A stretch of DNA of 64,000 nucleotides, taken from Lobosporangium transversale (taxonomy: Eukaryota). The notes under the pieces are model-generated. The model was not told where the DNA came from. It made no database searches and saw only the letters and a list, made by a program, of their open reading frames with translations. The stretch is taken from positions 496,001 to 560,000 of the forward strand of contig NW_019028988.1 in assembly GCF_002105155.1 (NCBI RefSeq). The letters are read 5' to 3'. Every line of letters starts with the position of its first letter. Within the stretch, counting starts at the first letter, position 1. The position numbers and the translations under genes were made by a program. Shown here in pieces: positions 24,970-37,257 of the stretch.

Positions 24970-25586
24970 TTCAATTTTGCCTCCAAACGACTACTATGAT
25001 TATTCAGAAACAACGAGAAGAGTGAGTAACCTAGTGATAGTTGTGGAAGCGGTGGATGGACTTATTATGGAATAATAAAGGGCATTACTTTTAACAAAAA
25101 AAAAAAAAAAAAAAAAAAAAGGAAAGAAGGAAGGAAAAAGAAGAGCATTGACTTTCCAACCTGGTCATCTGGTGGGTGGGGGTGATTAAGGATGCCCCTG
25201 AGATTTTCTTGAAAAGTATGAACAACACATTCAGGAACACATGTCACCATGCACAAGTCATTAAGGATATTACAGATTTACTGCCCCCCCTTTTTCTCTT
25301 ATTCATTGCTCGCTGCAATATGCTTGTCAAAGTTTATTTCTTAAAAACAAATGGACGCGTTGAATCTAGATTTTTTCTACTAAAACAGTTTATGTTCTCT
25401 TTCAACACTCATGATTCATCCACTTTCTAAGTTACATTTTACAGCAACCATTTCAAACAAATAAACAAATAAGCAAAAAAAAAAAAAAAAAAAAAAAACA
25501 CCCAACATCGTTTTTTAAGCAGTCTGTAAAAATATAAAACCAATATATGAGTGAAACGCTATTAATGAAAAAAAAGAACATGTTTA

Positions 25587-28500
25587 TTATGAGCGCGAGC
25601 TAGAGTCCTTGTCCTTCTTAAAAACATTCAACTTCCTTCTTGGTCTGTTGACACCATCGCTCGTATTCGAACTTGCGCCTGTGCCAGTATTTTTTACACC
25701 TGTCGGTTGCATCTGCACGCTTTGGGGACCTGGCTCATTTGTCAATGACTCATGTTTCTTTTTCTTCCACAGGCTTTGTTGTTGTTGTTGTTGCTGTTGC
25801 AAAAATGAAAAAGATTCCTCAGGTAGCTGTGAAGGAGGTAATGGCGGTAAAGATGCAGGGCTAGGGTCCGTTGAAGGCGATTTTAATGTTTGGAAAGCAT
25901 ATTCTGATCCTTGCGCATGATTCGTAGAAGGGCTTGAGCTCAATATGGCTCCTACAAGATACTTGGCTGTAGATGTAGCTTTAGGTGTAGATGAAGTCTC
26001 AGAGTCCAATGATTGTGATACATCTGCTACAAAACCAAGCTCGCTAGCCGAAGCTGGATGATATACAGGACGATCATCGCTGCGCCTTGGAACCGCCACT
26101 CCACTTGAAGGTACATTTGTATTTGCTGTCGCTACTGCATGCATGTCTAGAGAACTTTTGCTTTGTGAAGATACCGGTCCATTCTTAGTCTGTTCTTTGG
26201 GCATAAGAGGTATGGACTCCTTTCTCCGATGATTCTTGTTAAACGGATCTTGTGAGACAGAGCGTTCTTGTAGATGAGATGCTTGGTACCTTGGATCATT
26301 TGCCAAGCCTGCGTTGCTCAATCGTGCAAAATGCATAGGTGTTGGTGTGGATTGCAGGGATGTCCCATAATTATTCATATCGTACTGAGCCAGCGATGTA
26401 CTAGAAGGACGTGCGGTTATGGATGGTAATGGAAAACCTCCGCTACAAGCTGAGCTTGCGCGCGATCCAAGTGGCGGCCGTTGTGAAGGGAGTTGAACCT
26501 GGCCAAGACTCTGAATGCTGTCACGACGCTCTTCATTCCTGCGGGCATTAGGATACATTGTTTCTATTGGAAGTGTGTAAAGGTATATAGCATTGGTTAT
26601 CACGTATTCCATATACACAAAAAAAAAAAAAAAAAAAAAAATTATTATTATTCTCACATACCTAAGCTGAGGAGAGCAGTGTGATGAGTGCCGACGGCTG
26701 ATCCTACGGTCGCAAGAGCATTATGTACACTGCTTGCAATGGATGAAATTTGGTCTTTTGTCCCAGAGCCTGATTGCCTTGATGACGGGCCCAACAATGG
26801 AGTTCGGTCAGTTTGTCCCAAGGACGATTCTCCACCGCCTCCGATTCCATATCCTATTGTACGATTGGATGGTGGTTGAGGGATCGCATATCCTCTTGTA
26901 GCACTCGAGATTGAGCCTCTGCCTTGTCCTTGCCCTACTAATCCCTGTTCCATGAGTGATTCCGATCTGCCATTGACTTCCGTAGAGTATGTTGCTCTCC
27001 CTGTAGCATATGAGTCAATCGAAGTTCGAGGATTAACAGGTATAGCAAAATGCGTTTGAGAAGCCAACGCCCACTCATGCGCATCCACAACAGCTGGTGC
27101 TGTAGGTTGATCGTCTATACCCCGATGTGATGTAATAAAATAGACTCCCAGGAAGGTCATACAGCATCCGGTTAAAAAGTTGAATGCCTTGTTAAAATCC
27201 ATTTCGTCAAAATCATTATACAGAATCCCTGATCCAATGATAGCACTGGTGGTGAATAAGACAAACTGTGTAGGGATCACTTGCTATATAGATCATAATA
27301 TAGAGTTGATTGAAGCGACGTTATTAATGTTAATGATCCGAGGAATTTCCAGCTAGTTCCTTGATGCTTACAGTGCACATTGCATGAGCGACACTTACAG
27401 TTGAATCAAATCGCTGGAGAGACTTATTTAAAAATTTGATTTGCAGTACTGCCGTCGACACCATGACAAAAACCAGCAGATAAGCGATCGGATAAGTAAA
27501 CATCTTATAAAATGATAGACTGACTAAGGAAGAAACGCCTTTGGTCGCCAAAACTGTATAACCGCCTACAATAGTGGATCACCCATTCATTTGAAATATT
27601 GGTCAGAAACAAACTCTTCAGTACATAAAATTATTTTTTATCCTTGACAGTCTTGCCTCTCTGATTTGATTATTAACTTGTCGGTTGATTCATTTTCTTA
27701 CCAAAGATAGCGACGATACCGAGATCAATAACAATGTATTCACTTCCAATAGTATCCGATAGCGATGCAAGCACGCCCACCAGGATGCAACATAGAACAA
27801 AGTACACGATGAACCTTGTCTGAAGCAACGCTGCAACGAGAGACTCAGGAGTTAACTATTTAAAAAAGCACAGGACGGATAATTGATTAGTTGACTGTAA
27901 GTCATTAAATGGCTGCAACAGATATTCCAAATGTGGCAGTCCATGAAATGTACTTTGCCATCATAGCTGAAAATCTCAGCTGTCAGCTGTCTTCCTTGGT
28001 ATCTTTTTTCCCTTTTTTTTTTTTTTTTTGCTTAGATTTGTCATGTTAACTAATCCATTATTTTTGCCTTTGCTGTCAACATTGCTGTTAACATTGCTGT
28101 TGTTTATGTATACTTTTCCTGTTGTTGTCGTTAGCATCGATACAACCTTCTATCATTGTCAGTTGGGTGTCGTACCTTAACCTCACTCTCCTTCGAGTTA
28201 ATCACAACCACTATTGTACCAATGACAGCAATTATAATTCCAACGAGATCGCGTCTGCGGAAGGGCTCTTTCAACATAAGCGGCGCGAGGATCACATTGC
28301 TCACTAGTGCGACTGTTCCCAATGGTGCTACAATGGAAGCTTGCGCATATCCATATGCTAGAAAATTCCCGCATTCTCCCAATATCATTAGCGTCATGCC
28401 CAGCCACCATGCCTTAGATCGCAGGTATAGTGTATCCGATGCTGTATCTGAATTGTAAAACTCATCGAGTCCTTCAGGACGAGTATGTAGAGCAGTTAAT

Positions 28501-29298
28501 GCAGGCGCAGTGGTATCGTTCTGACCCATATCGCCGCCATGGTTAATATGGCCGTTGCGATGAAAGTTGTGAAGACTACTCTGCCGACTGGACTGACTGC
28601 TAGAATAACTGAAAGTGTCTGCCTCTTCTTCATCTTGGCCATGATCATTTCCATCATCATGGTAGCCTTGTTTTCTGGTGCTACGATTCAATACACTAGC
28701 TGTGGACGCAGTATTTTGTTGATAATGTCGGGCATCGTACTGAGTACCAATGGATTCCTCTTCAGGGTCTATATGCAAGCTTTTAGCGCTCTTAGTGGGA
28801 GTCAAAACGACATTGGGTTGAAGTTGGTTATGTGCGTACTTTTGTATATTCAGTGCAACTGATATTAGAATCTGGTTCAGATGAGATGTAGAAGCATTCA
28901 GAAAGGTCGTGAAGAGTTTAAGAATAAGACAAGTAGAGTGAGGGTAAGGAGTTAGATTATTTGCGTGATTTCAGAAAAGGAAATCCTGCAAACACAATCC
29001 AAGACAATAATAAAAAGGAAAAAGGGGAGTGTCAAAGCAAATCAATTGAATACATGCTAAGCAACTTACATTGCCAACAATTGCGATAATGACGCCAATA
29101 TACGAACGGACCTAGCAATGGAAACGACGAGAATCAAGGTCACATTTAGCAGACAGCAACGTAAAAAAAAATTTAGGGACCAACCTGAATGGAATGCCAA
29201 AAATGTAATTCAATCCAGATTTGAAAGATCTGGCACAAAATGACTATGCATACATTAATTTCCGGAAAGTCCTCAATTGGCCACATTCCTGTTAACAT
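25587..29298 (-). CDS. NIPA family (DUF803) magnesium transporter, multi-exon; 5' start approximate
   Basis: SYIGVIIAIVGN|ILISVALNIQKYAH, YLRSKAWWLGMTLMILGECGNFLAYGYAQASIVAPLGTVALVSN, QIKFLNKSLQRFDST and IPTQFVLFTTSAIIGSGILYNDF. Confidence 0.9.
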
Positions 29299-29388
29299 CT
29301 TTAGACTATGTATTATATAATAATATTAAAAGTGATATACAGAAGGAGTATAAAAGAAAGAGAGAGGAGAGAGGACAGAGGAGAGAGA

Positions 29389-29430
29389 GGAGAGTGAGAG
29401 GAGAGTGAGAGGAGAGTGAGAGGAGAGTGA
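29389..29430. repeat. 11-bp tandem repeat (GGAGAGTGAGA, about 4 copies) in a GA-rich tract upstream of the NIPA gene
   Basis: Visible tandem array, CT-rich on the NIPA sense strand. Confidence 0.8.
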
Positions 29431-30068
29431 CAGGGATGAAAGTCGAAAATGGAAACGTTATGTTGGGTATAGTTGCATGAGAGGAACGGTGCGAGCGAGA
29501 GTAAAAGGGTGAGGAATGAGGAAAAAGAGAAGGAAGCATTCAGCCTACATTCATACAAAAAAAAAAAAAAAAAAACATTCGTCCCTGTCTTTTTTTTTCT
29601 TTTTCGGTGTGTCCCAAAGTGGCCGAGTACCTTATTTACTCCAACGAGCTCAGATCCGTTTTTAAGGTTACTAACAAACAAGATGATTATCTACAGCAAG
29701 GAGGCTCAGGAAATACTCTCTGCCGAGGGAAGGAGTCTGATTGTTAGAAAAACAGCTTCGCCAGAAACTTGCAGATGATAGTAACGATGTTATCGGGTCA
29801 CAGGGTTATTACAGTCCAACTATTGTCATCCCTTGGTAAAAGCTCAGCTTACTATGGCCAATTTTATCCTGTTTGAGATCGACGGCGCCCTGACATCGGT
29901 TTGGTAAGCCTTTTTAGTGCAACAATTAAAACAATCTGAAATGCCCATTTTTGAGTTGATTGGCTTGTACGCTCGCCGCTACAAATCAGCAATTGAAGTT
30001 ATGCTTATTTATTACATGCCTCTATTCAAGTGTTTGGCTGTGGTTCAAATGGAACATGCTAAAGAAAC

Positions 30069-30783
30069 TTAGACGTTGTGAGTATGGTCTTCTTCAGCAG
30101 CCTTGAGGAACTCATGGATAAAGGCATCTTCATCCTGAGAAGAAGCAGGAACGACATTGACAGCTGCAGCATCCTTCTTGGTGAACTTTGAGACAGCAAT
30201 AGGAGTAGCAATAGCAGCATAGGTGGCAAGAGCCAGCTATGAGCAATACAATAAGGACAATGATAAACGAAAGGACAACTGTTAGATCATTTGTTTGTTT
30301 GTCATGTAGAAATTATTTTGGCTTTTGATGTCTCTATTTTATGAATCACTAATACTTCTGCTCTATACACGTGCATTAATCCATTATTAATATTGACGTT
30401 GAGTGGTGGCATGAAACTGAGTTCTGCATATGGTCTCTCTTCCTGGCTGGGAGTGAAGTACTCTGTTCCGAAGTTATGTATTCTCTGAAATGAATACATC
30501 TGTAAACATGGATCACGATTTTAGCCAGTATAGACGTCGACAGCTCCATTCGATTGACTGTGTATTTGCATGCTTTAAATAGTCGCGAGAAGTCATTGAA
30601 TCAGCCAAAAAGGGTTGTGGTAACTACTTGATGTCCTTCATATGATCTGATTTACTGAATTGGATGGTCTGAACATGTATACATGAGGTTGTTATTATTG
30701 TTGCTATTGTTAATGATGAAACTACAAAAGTATACCTTGTAGGTGGGGATGGCTCTGCCAAAGACAATGTACTCAGCTCCCAT
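30069..30783 (-). CDS. ATP19: Mitochondrial ATP synthase subunit k (71 aa), 2 exons (30783-30736, 30236-30069)
   Basis: Spliced product MGAEYIVFGRAIPTYK|LALATYAAIATPIAVSKFTKKDAAAVNVVPASSQDEDAFIHEFLKAAEEDHTHNV resembles yeast Atp19 (MGAAYHFMGKAIPPHQLAIGT...DEEKFIENYLK). The intron is a phase-0 GTATAC..TAG. Confidence 0.88.
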
Positions 30784-32080
30784 AATGTATCGGATGTCAA
30801 ATAACGAATGCGGGTTGAGGAAGTCAAAGAGGAGGATGCTGGCAATGAAGTTCACACTGCCAAATCGAGTGTAGCACAATTTTGGCCCAAAAACCAAGAG
30901 GTCAGCTGACTTTCTGCTGTCATTGTATGGATTACATTCCTCTATTATTTGCTCTACCACTCACAGGCCCATAAATACCTCACATTCTTCGGATGTTCGA
31001 GGACTGGCCTCTTCTCTCTCCTTTCTTCCTCTGGACAAGAACGACTGCACTAGTAACATTTGCCGGCTTAAAAATATCTTAGCTGCAAAATTGTCGAAGT
31101 GCAGAATGGAGAAGACAATGGAGTATCATAGAATAACAGGCTACCTAAAAGATTGGATATCATATCAAAGTCTCTCTTTATCTCTTTTTCTTTCTTTTTT
31201 TTTTTTTTTTTTGAAAAGATCCCAAGGTCATGATCCGGGGCTACGTTACTTAGGACACAGGGAAGCGGAGAAAAGAGCATTGCTGATGAACTTTTTGCAG
31301 GTAAGTCTAGAGCGCGACCCATTTAGAAGAAAGTAACGAGAGAATCACTCTCTACATTTTTTTTTTAAAAAAAAGACAGTGCAAGAGCTTTTGTTATGTC
31401 ATTTGGCATCAAGTGCTTAACATCGAGTTCTCGTTAATAGCAGTTATAGCATCATTATATTTTTTAAAAAAAAAAAGAAAAAGAAAAAAGATAAAGAGTA
31501 CATGTCCATGGCGCACTATATAGGGGTGATCTGGCGGTTGCATCCCACCTGGTTCCTACCATTATCGAGCTTTGACAACATTCCTCTATTAATCTTTTTA
31601 ACGTTAGGAAGCATGTTGAATAATGACTGTAATACACATTAGTCCCTAGTACTATGAGTGCTCACCCATTCTTTGGTGGTACGGAACTCTGCTGGAAGCG
31701 CGTGAGAAGTCAGGGGGAAAAGTCTTTATATAATTGTATGCGTTTAATCCTTTATTCTTTGGTCGCCCCTTTTGTCAAGTTGGAAATTTGCTTTTCTTTT
31801 AGAGTACAGGCATCAATCATGTAGTCAATACCTTAATACTGTGAGATACCCGACAAATTTTGTAACACTGCTGTGCCGCCCACTCTTTATTACAATGCTG
31901 ATACGCTGACATACAAAACATTAAAACAGCAGGACCACGTCTTTCTCAGGATCTTCTTTTTAAGGTTACAGCTCCACTCATGACAAAGAATCGTAAATGT
32001 TCTTACCGCGTAACCAACAAACATTGTTGGACTAGTCTTGTCACGTGACTACACCCCACAGCATGACGTGTTTCAGAAAT

Positions 32081-32110
32081 GACACTGAAGCAATGCATTG
32101 CTTCAGTGTC
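32081..32110. repeat. Perfect 30-bp palindrome GACACTGAAGCAATG|CATTGCTTCAGTGTC
   Basis: The two 15-nt halves are exact reverse complements with no spacer, ending 38 bp upstream of the IMP1 ATG. Confidence 0.92.
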
Positions 32111-32148
32111 TTCATTGTTGTACTTTCCTCCCCATAAATCTGATCCCA

Positions 32149-32986
32149 ATGTCGCGATATCTCCGGAGCACGGCACTGGTGGTTCAGGTAGCCTGTGGGA
32201 TACAGTTATTTAATGAAAATATTGCCGAATTCACCTGGGTATGATTTCTCCTTTCTCTCCTTACTTCTCTTAATGAGTGCGTACAAATTACTCTGATGTC
32301 CACCATTTTCATTGACCCAAACTCCGTTTTTATTCTTTTTCTTGAAATGAACAAACTATAATTATCGATTACTATCCTCATTTTCATGCTCACATGTCCT
32401 TGTCTGTCCTTTTTTTTTTTTTTTTCGTTTGAATTTTGTTCGCCATTTGGTATGTTGGATATAATAGTGTTTTGGCCCGTCAATGCTTCCTACACTAAAC
32501 ATGACGGGAGATATTGTCGCATATGAGCATCTGACCCAACGGTTCTCAAAGCTCGATACAGGAGATCTCGTTGTAGCTGTCTCTCCACTGGATCCATCAA
32601 AACTAGTTTGTAAACGCATCATTGGTGTGCCAGGAGATAAGGTCTGCATCAACCCTGTATCTTTGCACCGGCAGTATATTACTGTAAGTCACTTACAAAC
32701 AATCGTCCTAATCCACTCGGGTTGCCTGTGGTCTTTTTGTATCAACTGTAGATTCTTTTTTTTTTTTTTTTTTGAAAAAAAAAATCGGTCTGGTTTTGTT
32801 TGGTCCTAACGGACACGTATCTCTTTCCGAAATCCTATTTAGGTTCCTCCGGGGCACTATTGGTTGATGGGTGATAACCTTAACAATTCGACTGATTCGC
32901 GCGTCTATGGCCCTGTTAGTGGAGGATTGATCCTTGGCCGTGTCTTTGCAAGAGTAAGAAAAAATATCTTTACAGCAATGAGCGTA

Positions 32987-33032
<46 letters not shown>

Positions 33033-33149
33033 CTCGACACTGGCTGATCTTTTTGTAACCTTTCTGTTTCTATGAAATTTGTGGAATAGCTTTGGCCCAG
33101 TCCAAAATGGCTTGGAAATGGCATGGAAGAGATTATGGAGTTTGTATAG
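32149..33149 (+). CDS. IMP1: Mitochondrial inner membrane peptidase subunit 1 (peptidase S26), 4 exons
   Basis: [15 protein letters not shown] (catalytic Ser), [11 protein letters not shown] (catalytic Lys), [34 protein letters not shown]. The SMLPTL motif favours IMP1 over IMP2. Confidence 0.88.
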
Positions 33150-34417
33150 TTTATGTCGGTAACATAATTATATTATTTATCTCTATGTGATTTGCGATTC
33201 ATTTCCACGTCATGCTATGACTTCAAGGTTGTATTGTATTCTCCGCTCAGCGTTCCGGCACTCACAGCCACCTTCAAGCTCGATTAGCGAATGAGGGGTT
33301 TTTGTTCCGTAGTCCTGGATCAGCTTGCAGCAACATTGCAAGATACCTTTTTTGTTTGCTGTTCGATTTAGACAACTTTTAGTACATGTACTTTAACAGC
33401 TCTCTATAAAAAAATGCATATGTGGCGCAATAAAACAGCCTTTGGTGCTGTTGGAGATAGTCTCCTTGCCGTTTTTGTTTGTGTTACAGAGTGAAATATC
33501 AAATCAACTTATTGATTCTATAATTCTGGATTCAACGGCATGTGCATAAACATCATGTTTTTTCAAGAATCTCTCCGGCATATCATGCATTTTGCAGAGC
33601 AGAAATACATTACAAATGGCCTATTTGTTATCAGATGGCTTATAGTGTCATTGTCGAGCAAGTACTTTCTCCCGGGCCAGTCAAGGTATAGAAGGTATAG
33701 TTGTATTGGTTCCTGGATGATAGAGACACTCTGTGCATTTGCTCGTACCTGTATCTGTGCCTGTGCCTGAGTATAGTACATATGACAACTTTAAAGGTTA
33801 AGGAGACACTACATGTACCTAATAAAGTTCAAATTATATTTTCTCCGCAGAGAAAAATGTAAGACGGGAGGACAATGCGTTGTCTGAGCACAAACCCTCC
33901 GATGCACAAACACAAACAAGCCCTTGCAACCCAAGAATCAAAGGCTAGAAAGTATGCTCTCGGAGCGTAGAGACATTCGGCGTATATTTTTTACTAAACA
34001 GAAACCCTGCAGCGTCAATGCGCATGGAAACACAACATGCACAAGCGCAAACACAAACACAAGATAAACAACGTTCGTATATCTCAGATCGTATTGAAAC
34101 AGGATTGGCATGCTTTTTGTATTAATATTCCTCTACATCAAGCCTTTTTTAACCCCTCTTGCTTCCTTTTCCTTTTTTCCTCCTCTTCTCTCTTCATTCT
34201 TCTTTCCTTCTTTCTTGCTCTTTCCACATCCACTGCTTAATCTCTCCCATTCCCAGCTCCTCGCATCTTTTTCCATGTTGTGCCCTTGATTATCGTCCTT
34301 TGCAATACCATACCTCCTTTTCTCCTCTGCCCTCTTGATATATCATCTTAGCCAACCCAACCTTCCCTCATCTGCATAATCACTTTAATCAAACATATAT
34401 TCCTACATTTCTTTACA

Positions 34418-34538
34418 ATGTTGGTGACTACATTTCTTGCAGCATCATTGGGACTGGCGTGCAGTATATTCGCCAATGCTGCAGGCACCGGTGTTGTAAC
34501 GTATGTCTTCAACTTTTTTTTTTTTTTTTTTTTTTTTC

Positions 34539-34569
<31 letters not shown>

Positions 34570-36672
34570 CGATAAAACCATATTAGACATATTAGATCGA
34601 TTGATCAAGCATATTATCCACATAACCATACCAAATCCAATTATACGCCACCGACTTTCTTTGTTTTCATTTATCTCAATTGAGATAGTATCACTCTAAC
34701 ATTCATTCCAAACATATTTCTCCTTGATCTCCAATCACAGTGTACCAATGAAAGCATTGGTACGACCCGAGCATCAGAACGCCATTTCTCTCACAAAGCG
34801 ATACTTGCAAAGGCGCAGTTCAACTTCAACAAGCTCTCTGAAAAGCGTCGCTCAAGATGTGATGTACAGTAAGTTAGGGCATCATCTTCATACTTCAACT
34901 CCCTCAATCCACCAGCCTATAAACAGCATTTAAAATGTTCTATTTCATTCTCTCTTTTGCATGTGTTTTTGCGCCTTCAGCTGTGACCCTAGGCATTGGC
35001 ACGCCACCTCAGCTGTTTAATTTAGCCATCGATACTGGAAGTCCAATTACATGGGTCGTCAACAAGACTTGCTCTGGGGATAGCTGCGCCGATATTTTCA
35101 ATCGCTTTGATTGCCTATCATCACCGTAAGTCACCATTCCTTTGACGCTTGAAAACTCCCTGCTTTACTGTAAACGACACAATCACTTAATTTAATACCT
35201 TTTCTTTCTTTATATATATATATCAAACTTAGAACTTGTAAATCATCTCCAAATAGTGGCATTTTGAATGCTTCATATGTTTCTGGTGATGGTGTTGTTG
35301 GTGACTATGTGACAGACATCTTCAGCCTCGGAAGCTTAAGCTTCAGTTCCCTTGCTGGCATTGTAAATAGCTATAACGCGCAGCTGCCGCCAACGGTTGA
35401 CGGCATCATGGGACTGTGGTACACTATTCGTCAATGTAAGTTCCTTGCCGTTAATGACATAAAATATCCCATATCGTACTTTTGGGTATCGATAACTTAC
35501 ATCTCTCTAAATCTTTGTCAACATTACCCTTATAGATAAGAAAATCCCATCCAACGCTGCGTTCTTGAATGTGTTGAAGGACTCTGATGCCTTGACTCAG
35601 CCTTTGGTTGGTATCTGGCTTGATGAGACAAACTCAACGTCACTCACAACACCTGGTGGAGAAATTACGTTTGGAGGTGTAGACCCATCCCGCTTCACAG
35701 GCGGTATCACCTATGTTGATTGTGATCCATCCGCTCCATGGACTGTACGCTTCACTGCTTTTTTCTCTTTTATGTTACATCTGCATGCATAGCGATGTCA
35801 TGCACTGAATTTACTCAATGGTTATGTGTTGCTTTGTTTGGCGCCATTAGATTCCTGTTGGTAGTGTATCTGTAAACGGCAAAAAAATCGCTGTGACAAG
35901 TGCATTGGCAACGATTGACACTGGTACATCTGCTATGCTTCTTCCCGAGGTTGTATCTGACGCTATCAATAGCGCTATCCCCCGTAGTGTTAAGTTGGTA
36001 AGTTAGCTTTCATAGACTTAATGACATGCTGTACATTGTTCATCTGCGTTTAGCTAATGATTTATTTTTCTACTATCGTGCTTTTTTTTTTTTTTTTTAG
36101 ACCGAATCAGCTGACGGTATCGTTTGGATCATCCCATGTGAAGGTGACACCCCTGTTTCGTTTACTTTTGGAAACTTCACGGCTACGATCCCATACCACA
36201 TCTTTGCAATTCAAAACATTCGATACAAGGACATCGAGACAGGTGCTCTATACTGTGCAAGTTCAGCCATGTTTGCTACTGGCAGTGTTTCAGTCATCTC
36301 TGTAAGAGGAGTAAAATGATGTTTTCATCGATCGGTAACTTGTCCTTAAATTCTCAGCTAACTCAGTTCAATTTGATGCTTTACTTTGAATTCTAGAATT
36401 GGCTTCTGGGAGACACGCTGATCAAGAATGTTTACACTGTCTTTGACTTTGGTACAAATGCAGAGACAGGTGGTCGCGTTGGCTTCGCTGAGCTTACCAA
36501 CAAGAGCTCCACTATTGTTAATAAGGTCACCACTGGTGGTGCCAATATTGAGGTCGATGAGCCTATTGGTTTGTCTAAAGATAGAGGAAACGGCGCATCA
36601 GGCGGGTTCCTCGTGCCGTATACCACGCAAGCTCTTGCTCTTGCTAGCACAGTTGTCTTTGCATTGATCTAA
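34418..36672 (+). CDS. Secreted, probably GPI-anchored pepsin-family (A1) aspartic protease, about 8 exons
   Basis: Signal peptide MLVTTFLAASLGLACSIFANAA; both catalytic motifs (AIDTGS, TIDTGT); VDGIMGL, GGEITFGGVDPSRFTG and WLLGDTLIKNVYTVFD; C-terminal GNGASG followed by the hydrophobic tail ALALASTVVFALI. Confidence 0.92.
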
Positions 36673-37257
36673 AACCCTTTGAGGATCAATCTCTCACCTT
36701 CTTCCCCCTCCTAGTAAAATATCAACCCTAAACCATATACCCTTAACCTTGCATATAGTCTATCCTAATAGCTTAATAATGAACAAAGGCGATACATTAC
36801 ATGTTTGCAATGGTAAACGCATAAACACGGAAATATAACATATCATCAACTGTGGTACAAACTACTGTATACTTCTTTTTTGTAGTTTCAATAATGTATA
36901 CTGTGTTGTTGATCAAGAGAAAGATCATGAAGGAAGACAGATTTAAATTCCTTGTGTGCACAAAGTTCTTACTTTGCCTTAAAGAAGCCTACTGCCACAG
37001 CTAAACAACCAAACTGTTCATCTTATTTCTGCTCTTTGCGTTTCGCTTTTTATCTCCCCTACTCCCGCCACTCAATAGCATTATGCTTGTTATTTTACAG
37101 AATATCCCCAACACATATAAATAACCAAAATTCCGTCCCGGGCCTGTGGATTTTCAGTATATTATCACACCATCAGTCTCCAATCGTGTCGTAGTAACCA
37201 CCACAACGCAATTTTTAACACCAGCTTAGTAGTAGCGATTCCGAAAGCGCCTACAAC

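Noticed and set aside
30595..30655. Possible box C/D snoRNA in the ATP19 intron (ATGAAGG...CTGA with AATCAG/CTGATT ends, minus strand)
   Set aside because: The C box is deviant, the span is only about 55 nt, the stem overlaps the D box, and I could not identify an rRNA target.
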